DNA of 64,000 nucleotides from an uncultured Candidatus Rokubacteria bacterium (GTDB taxonomy: Bacteria > Methylomirabilota > Methylomirabilia > Rokubacteriales > CSP1-6), in contig CAWBMV010000037.1 of assembly GCA_963789955.1 (NCBI GenBank), positions 160,001 through 224,000 on the forward strand, written 5' to 3'. The notes below the pieces were generated by a model, which had not been told where the DNA came from, ran no database searches, and saw nothing but the letters and a program-made list of their open reading frames with translations. Position 1 is the first letter of the stretch; each line of letters starts with the position of its first letter. Positions 49,357-61,257 of the stretch are shown in pieces. The position numbers were made by a program, and so were the translations under genes.

Positions 49357-50505
49357 TTACTTGATGTTGTAGAGGCGTGCCGCGTTCTCGCACGTGATCT
49401 TCTTCTGCACCCGCTCCGAGATCCCGACCAGGTTCTTGCCGAGTGTGCTGCGCGAGTTCGGCCAGATGCAGTCCGGGTGCGGGTAGTCCGCGCCCCAGAT
49501 GATGTTGTCCTCGCCGATGAGCGGGATGATCGGCTCCAGGTACTGATCCTGCTGATAGGTGACGTAGCCCTGGCGGCGGAAATAGTCGCTCGGCTTCAGC
49601 TTGAAGTTCAGCGACCGGGCCCGGTCGAAGTACTCGGTGTCGAGCCGGTCGAACACGTACGGCAGCCAGGTCACGCCCGACTCGCCCAGGACGAAGTTGA
49701 AGTCCGGGTACTTCTCGCAGGCGCCCGAAGCCAGAATCGACACCAGCACTTCCATGGTGTCCAGCTGGAACAGGGCCGACCGCACCAGCCGCCACTGGGT
49801 GAAGAACTGCTTCTCCATCTCCGGCGTGTCCGGCGCGCGCAGCGCCTTGAAGCCGGTCGAGTGGAAGGCGATCGGGAACTTGCACTCGGCGGCGGCCTCC
49901 CAGAGCGGATACCAGCCGGAGTGATAGAGCGGCGGCGTCATGCGCTTGAACGAGAGGTCGCCGCCCCGCAGCCCCATCTTGGCGCACCGGCGCACCTCGG
50001 CGGCGGCCTCGACCGGATCGGTGTTGGGGATGATCGCCAGCGGGAACACCCGCTTGGGATCCGAGCGCTTCGCGAAGTCGGCCGCCCAGTCGTTGTAGAT
50101 CTTGTCGGCCCAGATGCGCATCGACGCGTCGCTGATATGGTCGTTGATCATCAGGCAGCCGTAGACGATCTCGGCGTCGATGCCGTCGCGGTCCAGGTCG
50201 GCCAGCCTGAGCTCGGGCGTGGTCGGCCGCGGCCGCGCGCCGGGGCGAGAGTCCCACTCGAAGCCGATGTCGTGCATCTCGTCGATGTGGCCGAACATCC
50301 CCGGGGTGTACGGGAGGAACCCCGGCCCCACGCCGTTCCACATGCCCTTGTCCTGGGCGTCCACGAACCAGTGGCAGCCGTCCTCCAGCTCCTCCACGCG
50401 CGGCACCATCAGCTTCCATTTCCCCGGCGCCTGCGACGACCAGAGGTCGGGCGGAAGGTAGGTCAGATCGATGTGGTTGTCGCCGGAGATCAGGTTGTAC
50501 GGCAT
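49357..50505 (-). CDS. Amidohydrolase family protein
   Basis: ISGDNH, DRDGIDAE, ESGVTW, IWGADYPH. Confidence 0.88.
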   Translation of the reverse strand: MPYNLISGDNHIDLTYLPPDLWSSQAPGKWKLMVPRVEELEDGCHWFVDAQDKGMWNGVGPGFLPYTPGMFGHIDEMHDIGFEWDSRPGARPRPTTPELRLADLDRDGIDAEIVYGCLMINDHISDASMRIWADKIYNDWAADFAKRSDPKRVFPLAIIPNTDPVEAAAEVRRCAKMGLRGGDLSFKRMTPPLYHSGWYPLWEAAAECKFPIAFHSTGFKALRAPDTPEMEKQFFTQWRLVRSALFQLDTMEVLVSILASGACEKYPDFNFVLGESGVTWLPYVFDRLDTEYFDRARSLNFKLKPSDYFRRQGYVTYQQDQYLEPIIPLIGEDNIIWGADYPHPDCIWPNSRSTLGKNLVGISERVQKKITCENAARLYNIK

Positions 50506-50521
50506 GACGCCTCCCCTATGG

Positions 50522-51421
50522 CTAGCCTTGACGCCGGAGCTTCGGATCCCACGCGTCCCGAAGCGTATCACCGAAGAGGTTGAAGCCCAAGACGGCCAGG
50601 CTGATCGCCAGGCCGGGAAAGATCGCGAGCCACGGCGCCTGCTCCATGAAGGCCCGGCCGGTGCTCGACAGCATCAGGCCCCACGACGGCGTCGGCGGCT
50701 GAGTGCCGACACCGAGGAAGGAGAGCGTCGCCTCGATCAGGATCGCGTTGCCGAGCCAGATCGACGCGATGACCAGGATCGGCGCCGTCACGTTGGGCAG
50801 GATGTGGCTCAGGATGATCCGCGGATGGCGACAGCCCATGGCCTGCGCCGCTTCCACGTACCGGTTCTGCTTCGCCGAGAGTACCGCGCCGCGCACGATG
50901 CGCGAGTTGCCGGGAATGATCACCATGGCGATCGCCAGCATCGCGTTGGTCGTGTTCGGCTTGAGCACCGAGACGATCGCCAGCGCGAGCACGAGCCCCG
51001 GGATCGCCTGGATCGCGTCCATGACACGCTGGACGATCAGGTCGAGCCGTCCCTCGCAGTAGCCGCAGAGGAGGCCGATGACCATGCCCACCGCGGTGCC
51101 GATGCCGACGGCGAGCAGCCCGACCCAGAGCGAGATGCGGGCGCCGTAGATGATCCGGCTCAAGACGTCGCGGCCGATGTCGTCGGTCCCGAACGGGTGC
51201 GCGCGGCTCGGCGCGGACAGCCGGATCTCCGGCTGCGTCGCCAGCGGATCGTAGGGCGCCAGCACATCGGCGAAGATCGCCATCAGGACGATCACGACGA
51301 GGAGGGCGGCCGAGATGGCCCCCAGCGGCTTCTTCCTCATCGTCCGCCAGAGCGCCTCCGCCCGGCTGATACCGGCAATCGCCGGATCGTCCAGGGGCAC
51401 GTGGAGTGGGACCGTCGCCAT
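50522..51421 (-). CDS. Peptide/nickel ABC permease (DppC-like)
   Basis: HPFGTDDIGRDVLSRIIYG, HILPN, LSFLGVG..PP.PSWG. Confidence 0.92.
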   Translation of the reverse strand: MATVPLHVPLDDPAIAGISRAEALWRTMRKKPLGAISAALLVVIVLMAIFADVLAPYDPLATQPEIRLSAPSRAHPFGTDDIGRDVLSRIIYGARISLWVGLLAVGIGTAVGMVIGLLCGYCEGRLDLIVQRVMDAIQAIPGLVLALAIVSVLKPNTTNAMLAIAMVIIPGNSRIVRGAVLSAKQNRYVEAAQAMGCRHPRIILSHILPNVTAPILVIASIWLGNAILIEATLSFLGVGTQPPTPSWGLMLSSTGRAFMEQAPWLAIFPGLAISLAVLGFNLFGDTLRDAWDPKLRRQG

Positions 51422-51428
51422 CAGGAGC

Positions 51429-52380
51429 TCACTGGTAACGGATCCGCGGATCGAGCCATGCGTACGTCAGATCGACGAGCAGGTTCAAGCTGACCAGGAT
51501 CGCCGCGACCAGCATCACGTTGGTCTGCACGACCGGATAGTCGCGGTACAGGATCGCCTCCACCGTGAGCCGGCCCATCCCCGGCAGCGCGAAGATCTGC
51601 TCGACGACGAACGTCCCGGCCAGCAGGGTCCCGAGCTGGCCGCCGACGATCGTGACGACCGGGATCAGCGCGTTCTTCGAGCGCGTGCTTGTAGACGACG
51701 ATCCTGCCCGCGAGGCCCTTGGCCCACGCCGTGCGCACGTAGTCCTCACGCAAGGTCTCGAGAACGGTCGAGCGGGTCATCCGCATCGTCGCCGAGGAGA
51801 GGCGATAGCCGAGCACGGCCGCCGGCAGCAGGAACTGCTGCAGGTTGCGCCACGGCGCGTCCCAGAAGCTGACATAGCCGATCGGCGGGATCCAGTGGAC
51901 CCAGATCGCGGCGAAGGTGATGACGAGCGTCGCGAGCCAGAAGTCGGGAATGGAGAGGCCGGCCACCGCGACGACCCTGCCCGCGTAGTCGGCCGGCTTG
52001 TCCTGTCGCGTCGCCGACAGGACACCGATCGGCACGGCGATGACGAGTCCGATGACCATCGCCAGGGTCGCGAGCTCGAGCGTGACGGGAATCGCCTTGC
52101 CGAGCGAGACCATGATCGGCTCGTTGGTGAAGATGGAGTCGCCCGGATTCAAGCTCACCATCTGCCAGAGCCAGAGCAGATATTGCTCGTGGTAGGGCCG
52201 ATCGAGACCGAGATCCTTGCGGACCTTCGCCAGCTCTTTCTCGCCGACGTTGCCGGACTCGCCCATCAGGAGGATGAGCGCGTCGCCCGGCATGACGCGC
52301 ATCAGGCCGAAGACGATCAGCGACGAGAGCAGTAAAACCGGGACGGCCAGCAGGAGGCGTCGGATCACGTACTTCTGCAT
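51429..52380 (-). CDS. Peptide/nickel ABC permease (DppB-like), frameshifted
   Basis: YVIRRLL, DYVRTAWAKGL, RDYPVVQ, DPRIRY. Confidence 0.9.
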
Positions 52381-52413
52381 GGCCGTCCGTGCCCTCTCCT
52401 GTCCGGTTCTCCG

Positions 52414-54110
52414 CTACTTGTCCATCCAGGCGCGCGCCAGGGTCGGCGAGCCGTAGCCGTCGGTGCGGCGAGCGCGCCGGCGGCGACGTTGCGCATGTGG
52501 GGCTGGAAGACCAGGAAGCCGTTGTCGTACGGCATCCACAGCCTGCAACGCCTGATCGAATTCGCGATCGACGATCTTCTTGGCCAGCGCGCGCTGCTCG
52601 GCGCTGATCGGGCGTCTGCCGGAGCTTCGTCGTCAGCTGGTCGATGACCGGATCGTTGACGCGGAAGAAATTCTTCGGGGATTTCGAATGCATGTACTGA
52701 TAGGACCGCTCGTCGAGACCGATCGCGTGTCCGGACTGGAATCCCCAGGACATGCCGTCCCACTTGCTGTCGACGTAGCGACCGTAATAGGTGGTGTAGT
52801 CGAGCTTCTGGATCTTGATGTCGATGTTCAGGTTCTTCTTGAGGTCTTGTTGCACGAGCTGCACCTGCGAGCTCATCTGCGGAAAGTACTCATAGTAGAA
52901 CAACGTCGTCTCGAAGCCCTTGGCTTGTCCCGCCTCGGCCATGAGCTTCTTGGCCTCGTCAGGGCGGTACTGCCACCAGGGACCGAGCTCCTTCAGGGTC
53001 GGCGCCTTGTCCTGGTAGTAGATATACGGTATGCCCCAGCCCGGAATCCCGTGGCCCTCGAAGACCGTGTCCACCTGCTTCTGGCGGTCGATGGCCATCG
53101 AGATCGCGCGTCGCACCCGCACGTCGTTGTAGGGCGGCTTGTCCTGGGCGAGGGCCAGCCCCCAGGGCGCGAGAGTGTTGTGGAACGACTGCACGAGCAC
53201 GTTCGGATTGGTCTTGCGAGCGGTCTCCACCTCGGACGGGCTCGCCAGCCAGATGAAGTCGCTCTGGCCGGTCCGGAACGCCGCCAGGCGCGTTGCGGCG
53301 TCCGGCGTGGAGAGGATGATGTACTGGTCGATGTACGGGCGGCCCTGATCGAAGTAGTCGGGATTGCGCTGGAGCACCACGCGCACCTTGCGGGTGTGCT
53401 CCTTCATGATGTACGGCCCGGTCCCGATCAGGCGCTTCTTGAGGTCGCCGTCCTCTTCCAGAACTTCCTTCGCGAAGATGAGGGCGATTGGCTCGGCGAC
53501 ATTGTGGGCGAAGAGGGCGTTCGGCGTCTTGAGGTGCACCCGGACGGTGTACTTGTCGGGTGTCTCCGTCGCCTCAATTTCCTGGAAGGTGAGCGTCTGC
53601 ACGCCCTCTTTCGCGTACTGCTTCGAAGCAGTACTTGATGTCCGCTGCGACGAGCTCGCGCCCGTTGACCGGCGGCAGGTTCTGCCACTTCACGCCCTGG
53701 CGGAGCTTGAAGGTCCACACGCGCTGGTCGGGGCTTGCGGTCCACGACTCGGCCAGGTCGCCGCGCAGGCTCAGGTCGCCTGGATTGGCCGTCTCGTCGG
53801 AAAACAAGTAGCGGACCAGACGGTTGCTGGTGAGCCCGGCGAACTGAAAGGTCCCGACCGACTGGGTCAGCCGGGGATCGATCATCGGCGGGTCCCACTG
53901 CGAGGCGCGCGTGAGCGTTCCGCCGCGTTTCGCCGGCTTCGTGCTCGCCGCGATCCACTCGGGGTAGTTGGCGCCCTGCTGGGCGGCGGCCCGTCGGGCC
54001 GGAACGCCCGCGACCAGCGCGGCGGCACCGGCACTGGCCCACCCGGCGCGCTCGAGGAAGACACGTCGCGACACGCGACGAGAACGTTTGCGAGGATCGG
54101 TGGCGGGCAT
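52414..54110 (-). CDS. Family 5 ABC substrate-binding protein with Tat signal, frameshifted
   Basis: SRRVFL, GDLAESW, TFKLRQGVKW, IGTGPY, DVRVRRAISMAIDR. Confidence 0.88.
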
Positions 54111-54264
54111 CGAAAAGTCTCCTTGTCTCTCGGAGAATTAATGGAGCAAACCGGCCACGAGTGCGGCGAAACTCCCATAAGGCACCAGTTGAAGTCAAGC
54201 GAATCCTGGGTCATCCTCGGCCCATCGCGCGCAAGCTCGAAAACAATCCCGCACGGGAGGCTTT

Positions 54265-55814
54265 ATGCGGCCCACACACCGCCGAATCGCGCTGCTCCTC
54301 TTCTTCGCCGTCCTGGTATCCGGGCTCTTCCCACAGAACAGCGCCGCCCAGTCGGGTCCGGCCGGCGAGGTGATCGTCGCCTGGCACGTTACGATCGCGC
54401 CGACCTGGTTCGACCCGTCCACGGCGCCGCCGCAGATCACACCCTTCGGCACGCTGTACGCGATCCACGACGCGCTCGCGCGTCCGCTGCCCAACCAGAA
54501 GATGGGCGCGAGCCTGGCGGAGTCGTGGACGGAGAGCCCGGACGGGCTCGTGTACGAGTTCAAGCTTCGGCGCGGCCTCAAGTTCCACAACGGCGACCCC
54601 CTCACCGCCGAGGACGTGAAGTTCAGCTTCGAGCGGTACAAGGGCGCGGGCGCCAGGGAGTTCCAGACACGCGTGCGCGCGGTCGAGATCGTCGATCCGC
54701 TCACGGTGCGGTTCCGGCTGAACTCCCCCTGGCCGGACTTCATGACCTTCTACGGCACGACCGCCACCGGCGCCGGGATCGTCGTCCCGAAGAAGTACCT
54801 CACGCAGGTGGGAGACGACGGGTTCCGGAAGCACCCGATCGGCGCCGGGCCCTACAAGTTCGTGAGCCACACGCCGGGTGTCGACGTCGTGCTGGAGGCG
54901 TACACGGGTTACTGGCGGCGCGTGCCGAACGTGAAGCGCCTGATCCTCAAGAGCGTGCCCGAGGGCACGCACGCGTCTGGCGATGCTGAAGACCGGCGAG
55001 GCCGATATCGCGGTCGCGCTCGACGGCCCGGAAGGACATCGAGGTCAAGCGCGACCCGCGGCTTCAGCTGGTGGCCACACGACACGCGTCGATCTTCTGG
55101 ATCGAGTTCGCCGATCAGTGGGATCCGAAGTCGCCGTGGCACGACCTGCGCATGCGCCAGGCGGTCAACTTCGCGCTCGATCGCAAGACCACGAACGAAG
55201 CGGCGTGCCTCGGCTTCTGTCCGCCGGCCGGCGTCATCGTGCCGCGCGTGATGGACTTCGCGCTCCAGGTGGAGCCGTCGCCGTACGATCCGAAGAAGGC
55301 CAAGCAGCTGCTCGCCGACGCCGGCTTCCCGAACGGCCTCGACGCCGGCGACTTCGTGCCGATCCCCGGATTTCCCACGGTGGCCGAGGCCGCGGTGAAC
55401 TATCTGAACGCGGTCGGCATCCGCGTGAGGATGCGGCCGATGGAGCGCGCGGCCTTCTACGCCACGTGGCGCGAGAAGAAGCTGCACGGGCTCTTCATGA
55501 CCGCGGTCGGCAACTCCGGTAACGCGGCCAGCCGGGTGACCGAGTTCATCAGCTCCAAGGGCGCGTACGCCTACGGCGGCTACCCGGACATCGACGACCT
55601 CGTCCAGCAGCAATCCGGCGAGCGTGACGTCAAGAAGCGCGAGGCGATGCTGTTTCGCATCCAGCAGCTGACCATCGACCGGGCGATGTTCGCGCCGATC
55701 ATGGACCTCCGGGCCCTGATGGGCATCGGCCCGAAGATGGCCGACCACACGATCAACCTCGTGCCGATGACGGTGTGGCCGTCGTACGAGGACATGACGA
55801 TCAAGAACCAGTAA
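54265..55814 (+). CDS. Family 5 ABC substrate-binding protein, frameshifted
   Basis: SLAESW, FKLRRGLKFHNG, IGAGPYKF, RQAVNFALDR. Confidence 0.88.
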
Positions 55815-55832
55815 CGCGGCCGACCGGAGCTC

Positions 55833-56885
55833 ATGGACTTCGGGATCTTCATGGAGTTCGAGATCCGCCGCGGTGGCGACCAGGCCACCGCGTTCCGCGA
55901 GGGCTTCGACGTCGTCGACGCCGCCGAGGCGTGGGGGCTCGACGGCGTGTGGCTCGGCGAGATGCACTTCACGCCGGCCCGATCGGTGCTGTCGGCACCG
56001 ATCGTGGTGGCGAGCTCGATCGCGACGCGCACGAAGCGCCTGCGGATCGGGATGGCCGTTCAGGTGCTTCCGCTGAACAATCCGTTGCGCATCGCCGAAG
56101 AGGCCGCGACGGTCGATCAGATCAGCGCCGGGCGCTTCGATTTCGGAATCGGCCGCAGCGGCTTCCCGCGCGTCTACGACGTGTACGGCATCCCCTACGC
56201 GGAGAGCCAGGCGCGCTTTCGTGAGGCGCTCGAGATCATCCTCGAGGCGTGGAAGGGCGAGCCCTTCAGCTACAAAGGTCAGTACTTGGAGCTTCGAGAA
56301 CGCGACCGTCGCGCCGCGCCCGTATCAGTTGCCCCACCCGCCGCTCCGCATGGCCGCCACGACCGAGGAAACATTCCCGCGGGTCGGGGCAGATGGGTCT
56401 GCCGATCTTCGTCGGCCTGCGCGGCATGGACATCTCGACTCTGCGCCACCACGTGCTGGCCTACCGCAAGGCGTGGCGCGATGCCGGGCACGCCGGCGAG
56501 GGCAACGTCTATCTGCGCATCCCCGTGTACGCCGCGGACACGGAGAAGGCGGCGCTCGAGGAGCCGTTCGAGAGCGCCACGTTCTACTTCAGCCGCCAGG
56601 CCGACTTGCAGCAGACCGCCGTGGGACGCACGGGCGCCGGGCCCGCCGAGCGCTTGCAGGCCCGCGTCGAGCGGCTCGCCGGACTGTCGTACGAGCAGAT
56701 CCTGGCCGAGCGCGTCGCGTTCGGTAGCGCCGCCGGCCTGATCGACCGGTTCGCGCAGCTTCGCGAGGAGCTGAGCCTCGACGGTGTCGTCGCCGAGCTC
56801 GACGCGGGCGGGCTCATCCCGGCCGACGCGCGTGAAGCGGAGTCTCGCGATCCTGACCCGCGAGGTCATGCCCGCGTTCAAGTAG
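55833..56885 (+). CDS. LLM class flavin-dependent oxidoreductase, frameshifted
   Basis: WLGEMHF, PLRIAEEAATVDQIS.GRFDFGIGR, EVMPAFK*. Confidence 0.88.
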
Positions 56886-56948
56886 TCGAGGAAATCGGGC
56901 TGGCGTCGGGCCGGGGGCGCAGTACCATGCAGAGCCAGGAGGACCACG

Positions 56949-57248
56949 ATGACCATCGATCGCTACACGAAGGCTGTTCTGACCGTCATCGCCGTCGCGC
57001 TCGTCGTGATCGCCGTTCGGCCGTACGTCTCCGGATCGGCGCTGACCACCGCGCTCCAGGTGGCGCCGGCGCAGGCCCAGAGCATGGCCGCGCGGGAAGC
57101 GACGATCCCGAAGACCTGGGGCAAGTACGTGTCCTACAGCGGCGGAAATCTACAGCTCGAGGGCCCCGACAAGTCGATCCGCATCGTCGACCTCGACGGC
57201 AAGCCGCCGGAGTATCCGAAGCTGAAGTGGATCATTAAGTTTGAGTAG
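56949..57248 (+). CDS. Hypothetical membrane-anchored protein
   Basis: GGAGG RBS; DRYTKAVLTVIAVAL N-terminus. Confidence 0.65.
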   Translation: MTIDRYTKAVLTVIAVALVVIAVRPYVSGSALTTALQVAPAQAQSMAAREATIPKTWGKYVSYSGGNLQLEGPDKSIRIVDLDGKPPEYPKLKWIIKFE

Positions 57249-57262
57249 CCGAGAACAGCGCT

Positions 57263-58466
57263 TCAGGCCGGGCGGGTCGCGCCGACGGCGCCGACCTGGA
57301 AGTGCGGGAAAGCGCGCTCGCAGGCTCGGGATATCCGGTAGCATCCGGACGTCGACGAACCCGGCGGCTTCCATCGCGCCCTGCCACTCCTCGGGCGCGA
57401 GGAAGCCGCCGTTCGGTCGATACGGCGGGTGGAGCACCGGTGACCGGAACGTCTCCATCAGGTTGAAGATGAACTCGATGTAGATCGCCTGCGCCGGCGC
57501 CGTACGAATGCACTCCGAGACGACGAGCCGGCCGCCCGGCGCGAGCGCGTCGAAGATCTCGCGCAGGGTGAAGTCGAGATCGCGCGCGACGTGCAAGGTG
57601 TTCACCGCATAGACGACCGACGCGCTCCCCCGCGCGACCCCCTGCCCCGCGAAGGGCAGGTTCATGTCGAGCCCTCCGAACTTCAGGAACGATGCGTCCG
57701 GGAAGCGTGACTCGAGCGCCTGCTGGCCCCGCCGCATGAAGAACGGCACGAGCTCGGTGAAGCGATACTCCCGAACGTCCGCCCAGCGTTCTGAGCGGCG
57801 GAGCTCGTCGAGCAGCGCCGCGGCGCCGCTGCCGAGCCCGCCGCCGAGCTCCATGATGGCCACTGGACCGGGCGGCATCAGCTCGGCCACCGCGGCGGCG
57901 CCGACGAGATTGTTCACGACGTAGAGGCCGTTGTCGTTCGAGAAGAAGTTCACCCAGAGGCGAAGCCGGCTCGGGGAGAAGAGCACCTCCTCGCCGGTTC
58001 GCTCGCCGCGCAGGAACACCGGATAGTCCTGGGCGACCGTCTCGGCCAGGAGGTACGACGGCTGCCATGAGGTGTCCAGGCGCCGCTGCGCCTCGAGAAT
58101 CTCTACGGGATCGAGCTCTGGCACCTCACCGCGAAGATGGAAGCGCGGCCCGCCCTCCGCGTCGCGCTGCTCGATGATCCCGCGATGGCTCAACCGGCGC
58201 AGCATCCAGTCGACGGGCACGCGCGCGCGGCCGGCCTCGAAGCCGGCGCGTGCGACCAGCTCGTCGGTGGTGCCGGGCGTCTCGGCAGCCTTCGCGAGCC
58301 CGCTCGTGCGAAAGATGCCGAGGGTCAAGCGCAGGACGTATTCGTCGTAGAGGGTCGCGGACCGGATGAACGGGCCCGTGAACGGAGGGCTGATGCGGGC
58401 CGGCAGGATCGCGGCGAGCTCGCGCGACCGTCGCTCCGCTTCCTCGAGCTCGACCACCTCGCTCAC
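57263..58466 (-). CDS. Class I SAM-dependent methyltransferase (PKS-MT-like); 3' frameshift
   Basis: MELGGGLGSG, YRFTE, YAVNTLHVA.DL, LAPGGRLVVSE. Confidence 0.8.
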
Positions 58467-59359
58467 AGGCCGAAGGGATTCCACACGTCGAAGAAATTGA
58501 ACCACTGGGTCGGCTTCTCGGCCACGATCTGCTCGAGCGTGCCCACCCAGGCGGCGAGCGCCTCCTCCTCACGGCCGCGCGTGATCGTCATCGGCGGGAG
58601 CACCCGGAGCGCGTAGCGGCCGTCACCGTCGAGCGTGCAGAACGCGGGAAGCACGGGCACCCCGGCGGCGCGCGCCAGGTGAAACGGACCCACCGGAAAG
58701 GGCGCCGGCCGTCCGAAGAACGGGATCAGCACGTCGCCGCGATTGCCGAGCGCGCGGTCACCCTGCAGCGCCACCGCGTCGCCGCGCCGGAGGGCCGCGA
58801 TCAAGGTCAGCGAGACCGTCGGATGCGACCGGGGCACGAAGCGAAGGCCGCTTCCGTCGCGGCGCAGCCAGCGCTCGAGGGCGCGCGCCTCCTCGACCGC
58901 CACCACCACGTGCGTGGTGCGGGCGGAGTGCTGGGCGAGCACACGGCCGGCGAGCTCCCAGTTGCCGACGTGGGCGGTGAGCGAGATCAGCGGGCCGTCG
59001 AAGCCCTGCAGATGCTCGCGTCCGCGGATGGCGCCCAGGTACGAGCCGATCCGCGCCGGCTGGCGGCTGGCCGTGATCAGATCGCTGAAGCACATGGCGA
59101 ACTCACCGAAGACTTCCGCGGTCAGCTCGTCGAGGCGCCGGCCGCTGGCGCCGGTCATCACCTCCAGCGTTTTCTGCGTCGCGGCGCGCTCGGCGGGAAG
59201 AAATGACTGGGCGAGGCGCCCGAGACGCCGAGCCAGCCCGAGCCGCAGCCGCCGCGGCAGCCAGCCCATCGCCGCCGCCAGGCGATAGAGCTCGGCTCGG
59301 TTGTAGCCGTGGGCATACCACTGGGGCCGCGCGCCCTCGGTCAGCGCCGAGCTTTCCAT
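58463..59359 (-). CDS. Lysophospholipid/lipid A-type acyltransferase
   Basis: TAHVGNWE, LQGDR, FFGRPAPFP.GP, PTQWFNF. Confidence 0.88.
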   Translation of the reverse strand: MESSALTEGARPQWYAHGYNRAELYRLAAAMGWLPRRLRLGLARRLGRLAQSFLPAERAATQKTLEVMTGASGRRLDELTAEVFGEFAMCFSDLITASRQPARIGSYLGAIRGREHLQGFDGPLISLTAHVGNWELAGRVLAQHSARTTHVVVAVEEARALERWLRRDGSGLRFVPRSHPTVSLTLIAALRRGDAVALQGDRALGNRGDVLIPFFGRPAPFPVGPFHLARAAGVPVLPAFCTLDGDGRYALRVLPPMTITRGREEEALAAWVGTLEQIVAEKPTQWFNFFDVWNPFGL

Positions 59360-59418
59360 GGAATCGAACGCAGTCTAACCACCCGGCGGGTGCGAGACAA
59401 GGTAGGATGAGGCAGCCG

Positions 59419-60537
59419 ATGACCCGCGTTCTGATCGTCACCGCCAGCTACGGCTCCGGCCACAACGTCGCCGCCCGGTGTCTCGCCGCCGCGTTCGAGC
59501 GTGAGAAGGTCGAGGTCACCGTCGTGGACCACTTTCGCGAGATGGTCCATCCGCTCTTCGATCGCTCGAGCCGGGCGCTCTATCACGCGCTCCTGCGGCG
59601 CGCGCCGTTCGTCTGGGGTCTCGGCTACGCGTTCGGCGACTGGGTCGCCAGCGACTCCGTCCTGACGTGCGGCGTCACGCGCCTCGGCACCCGGCGCCTG
59701 GGCGCGCTGCTGGAGCGGCTGGCGCCCGATCTCGTCGTCACGGTCCACGCGACTCCCGCGGTGGCGCTCTCGTCGCTCGCGCGGCAGGGCGTGCGCGTGC
59801 CCCCGCACACGACGGTGGTCACCGATTTCGTCGCGCACAGCCAGTGGATCGCGCCCCACATCGACCGCTATTGCGTCGCCGACCCCGAAGTGCGGCACGA
59901 GCTGATCGCGCGCGGCATTCCCTCCGAGCGCATCCTCGTCACGGGGGTGCCGGTGCGGCCGGAGTTCACCCATCCGGTCACGCCGGCCACCGCGCGCGAA
60001 GCGCTCGGGCTCTCGACGCATGCGCCGGTGGTCCTGGCGATGGCGGGCTCTCAGGGACAGCTCGGGCGCCTGCCCGACGTCGCTCACGCGCTGGCCGCGA
60101 TGCGACGGCCGCTGCAGGGGCTGGTGGTGGCGGGGCATGACGCGCGGCTCAAGGCAACTCTGGCCCGGATCACCGAGGGCACGACGATCCGCACGCTCGG
60201 CTACGCCGCCGACGTCCGGCGCTTGATGGCCGCCGCGGACGTCCTGGTGACCAAGGCCGGCGGAATGACGCTCGCCGAGGCCATGGCCGCGGAGGCTCCG
60301 CTGCTCCTCTACGGCTCGCTCCCGGGCCAGGAGCGCCGCAACGAGCGGTTCGCCGCGCGAGCCGGCATCGCCCTCGTGGCCCGGCGCCGCTCGGACCTGA
60401 CGCCACTCCTCGAGCGCGCCCTCGACGAGCCGGAGCTGCTCGAGGACCTGCGCGCCCGGATGCGACGGCTCCGCCGACCCGACGCGACCCGCCGGATCGT
60501 CAGCGCCATCCTGGACCGCGGCGTGCGCGCGCGATGA
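59419..60537 (+). CDS. Diacylglycerol glycosyltransferase (MGDG synthase/UgtP-like, GT28)
   Basis: ASYGSGH, VVTDF..HSQW, TGVPV, TKAGG.TLAEA, PGQE..N. Confidence 0.88.
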   Translation: MTRVLIVTASYGSGHNVAARCLAAAFEREKVEVTVVDHFREMVHPLFDRSSRALYHALLRRAPFVWGLGYAFGDWVASDSVLTCGVTRLGTRRLGALLERLAPDLVVTVHATPAVALSSLARQGVRVPPHTTVVTDFVAHSQWIAPHIDRYCVADPEVRHELIARGIPSERILVTGVPVRPEFTHPVTPATAREALGLSTHAPVVLAMAGSQGQLGRLPDVAHALAAMRRPLQGLVVAGHDARLKATLARITEGTTIRTLGYAADVRRLMAAADVLVTKAGGMTLAEAMAAEAPLLLYGSLPGQERRNERFAARAGIALVARRRSDLTPLLERALDEPELLEDLRARMRRLRRPDATRRIVSAILDRGVRAR

Positions 60538-61251
60538 TCGTCGCGCGGCTGGCGCTCGGCGCGGCCGCCGCCTGGGCCGCGTACGCGTGGGGCGCGCACC
60601 TGCTCACGGCGGGCTGCGTGTGGCGCGGACCGTCGACCGGCCGGCGCATCGCGCTCACCTTCGACGACGGCCCCGACGCCGACCTGGACCGAGCGCACGC
60701 TCGCCGTGCTCGACCGCGAAGACGTCACCGCGTCGTTCTTCCTGGTCGGCGAGCGCGCGGTGCGCGCGCAGGACACGGTCAAGCGGATCGCGGCCGCCGG
60801 GCACGAGATCGGCAGCCACGGCTGGTCGCACCGGAGCCTCTGGCTCTGCGGGCCGCGCCGCACCGAGGACGAGATCGGCCGGGCGCATCGCGTGCTCTTC
60901 GACGCGGTCGGCCGCCCGATTCGCCACTTCCGTCCGCCCTGGGGCATGGTGAACGCGGCGATGTTCCGCGCCCTCCGGCGTCACGACCAGCGCTGCGTGT
61001 TCTGGTCGATCCAGCCTGAAGGCCTGCGCGCGACACCGCCGTCCCGGCAGGTCGAGCACGTCGTGCGCCGCGCCCATCCCGGCGCCATCGTGGACCTGCA
61101 CGACGCCGAAGGCGTGCGCGACGCGCCGGAGCGGCTGCTCGCCGCCCTCCCGCCGATGATCGCGGGGCTCCGCGAGCTGGGCTACGAGTTCGCGACGGTG
61201 AGCGAGCTGCTGGAGACGCCGGGCCGCGGCGACGCGGGCAGGAGCGGGTAA
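60534..61251 (+). CDS. Polysaccharide deacetylase family protein, frameshifted
   Basis: IALTFDDGP, GHEIGSHGWSH, FRPPWG, IVDLHD. Confidence 0.88.
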
Positions 61252-61257
61252 CGCCGT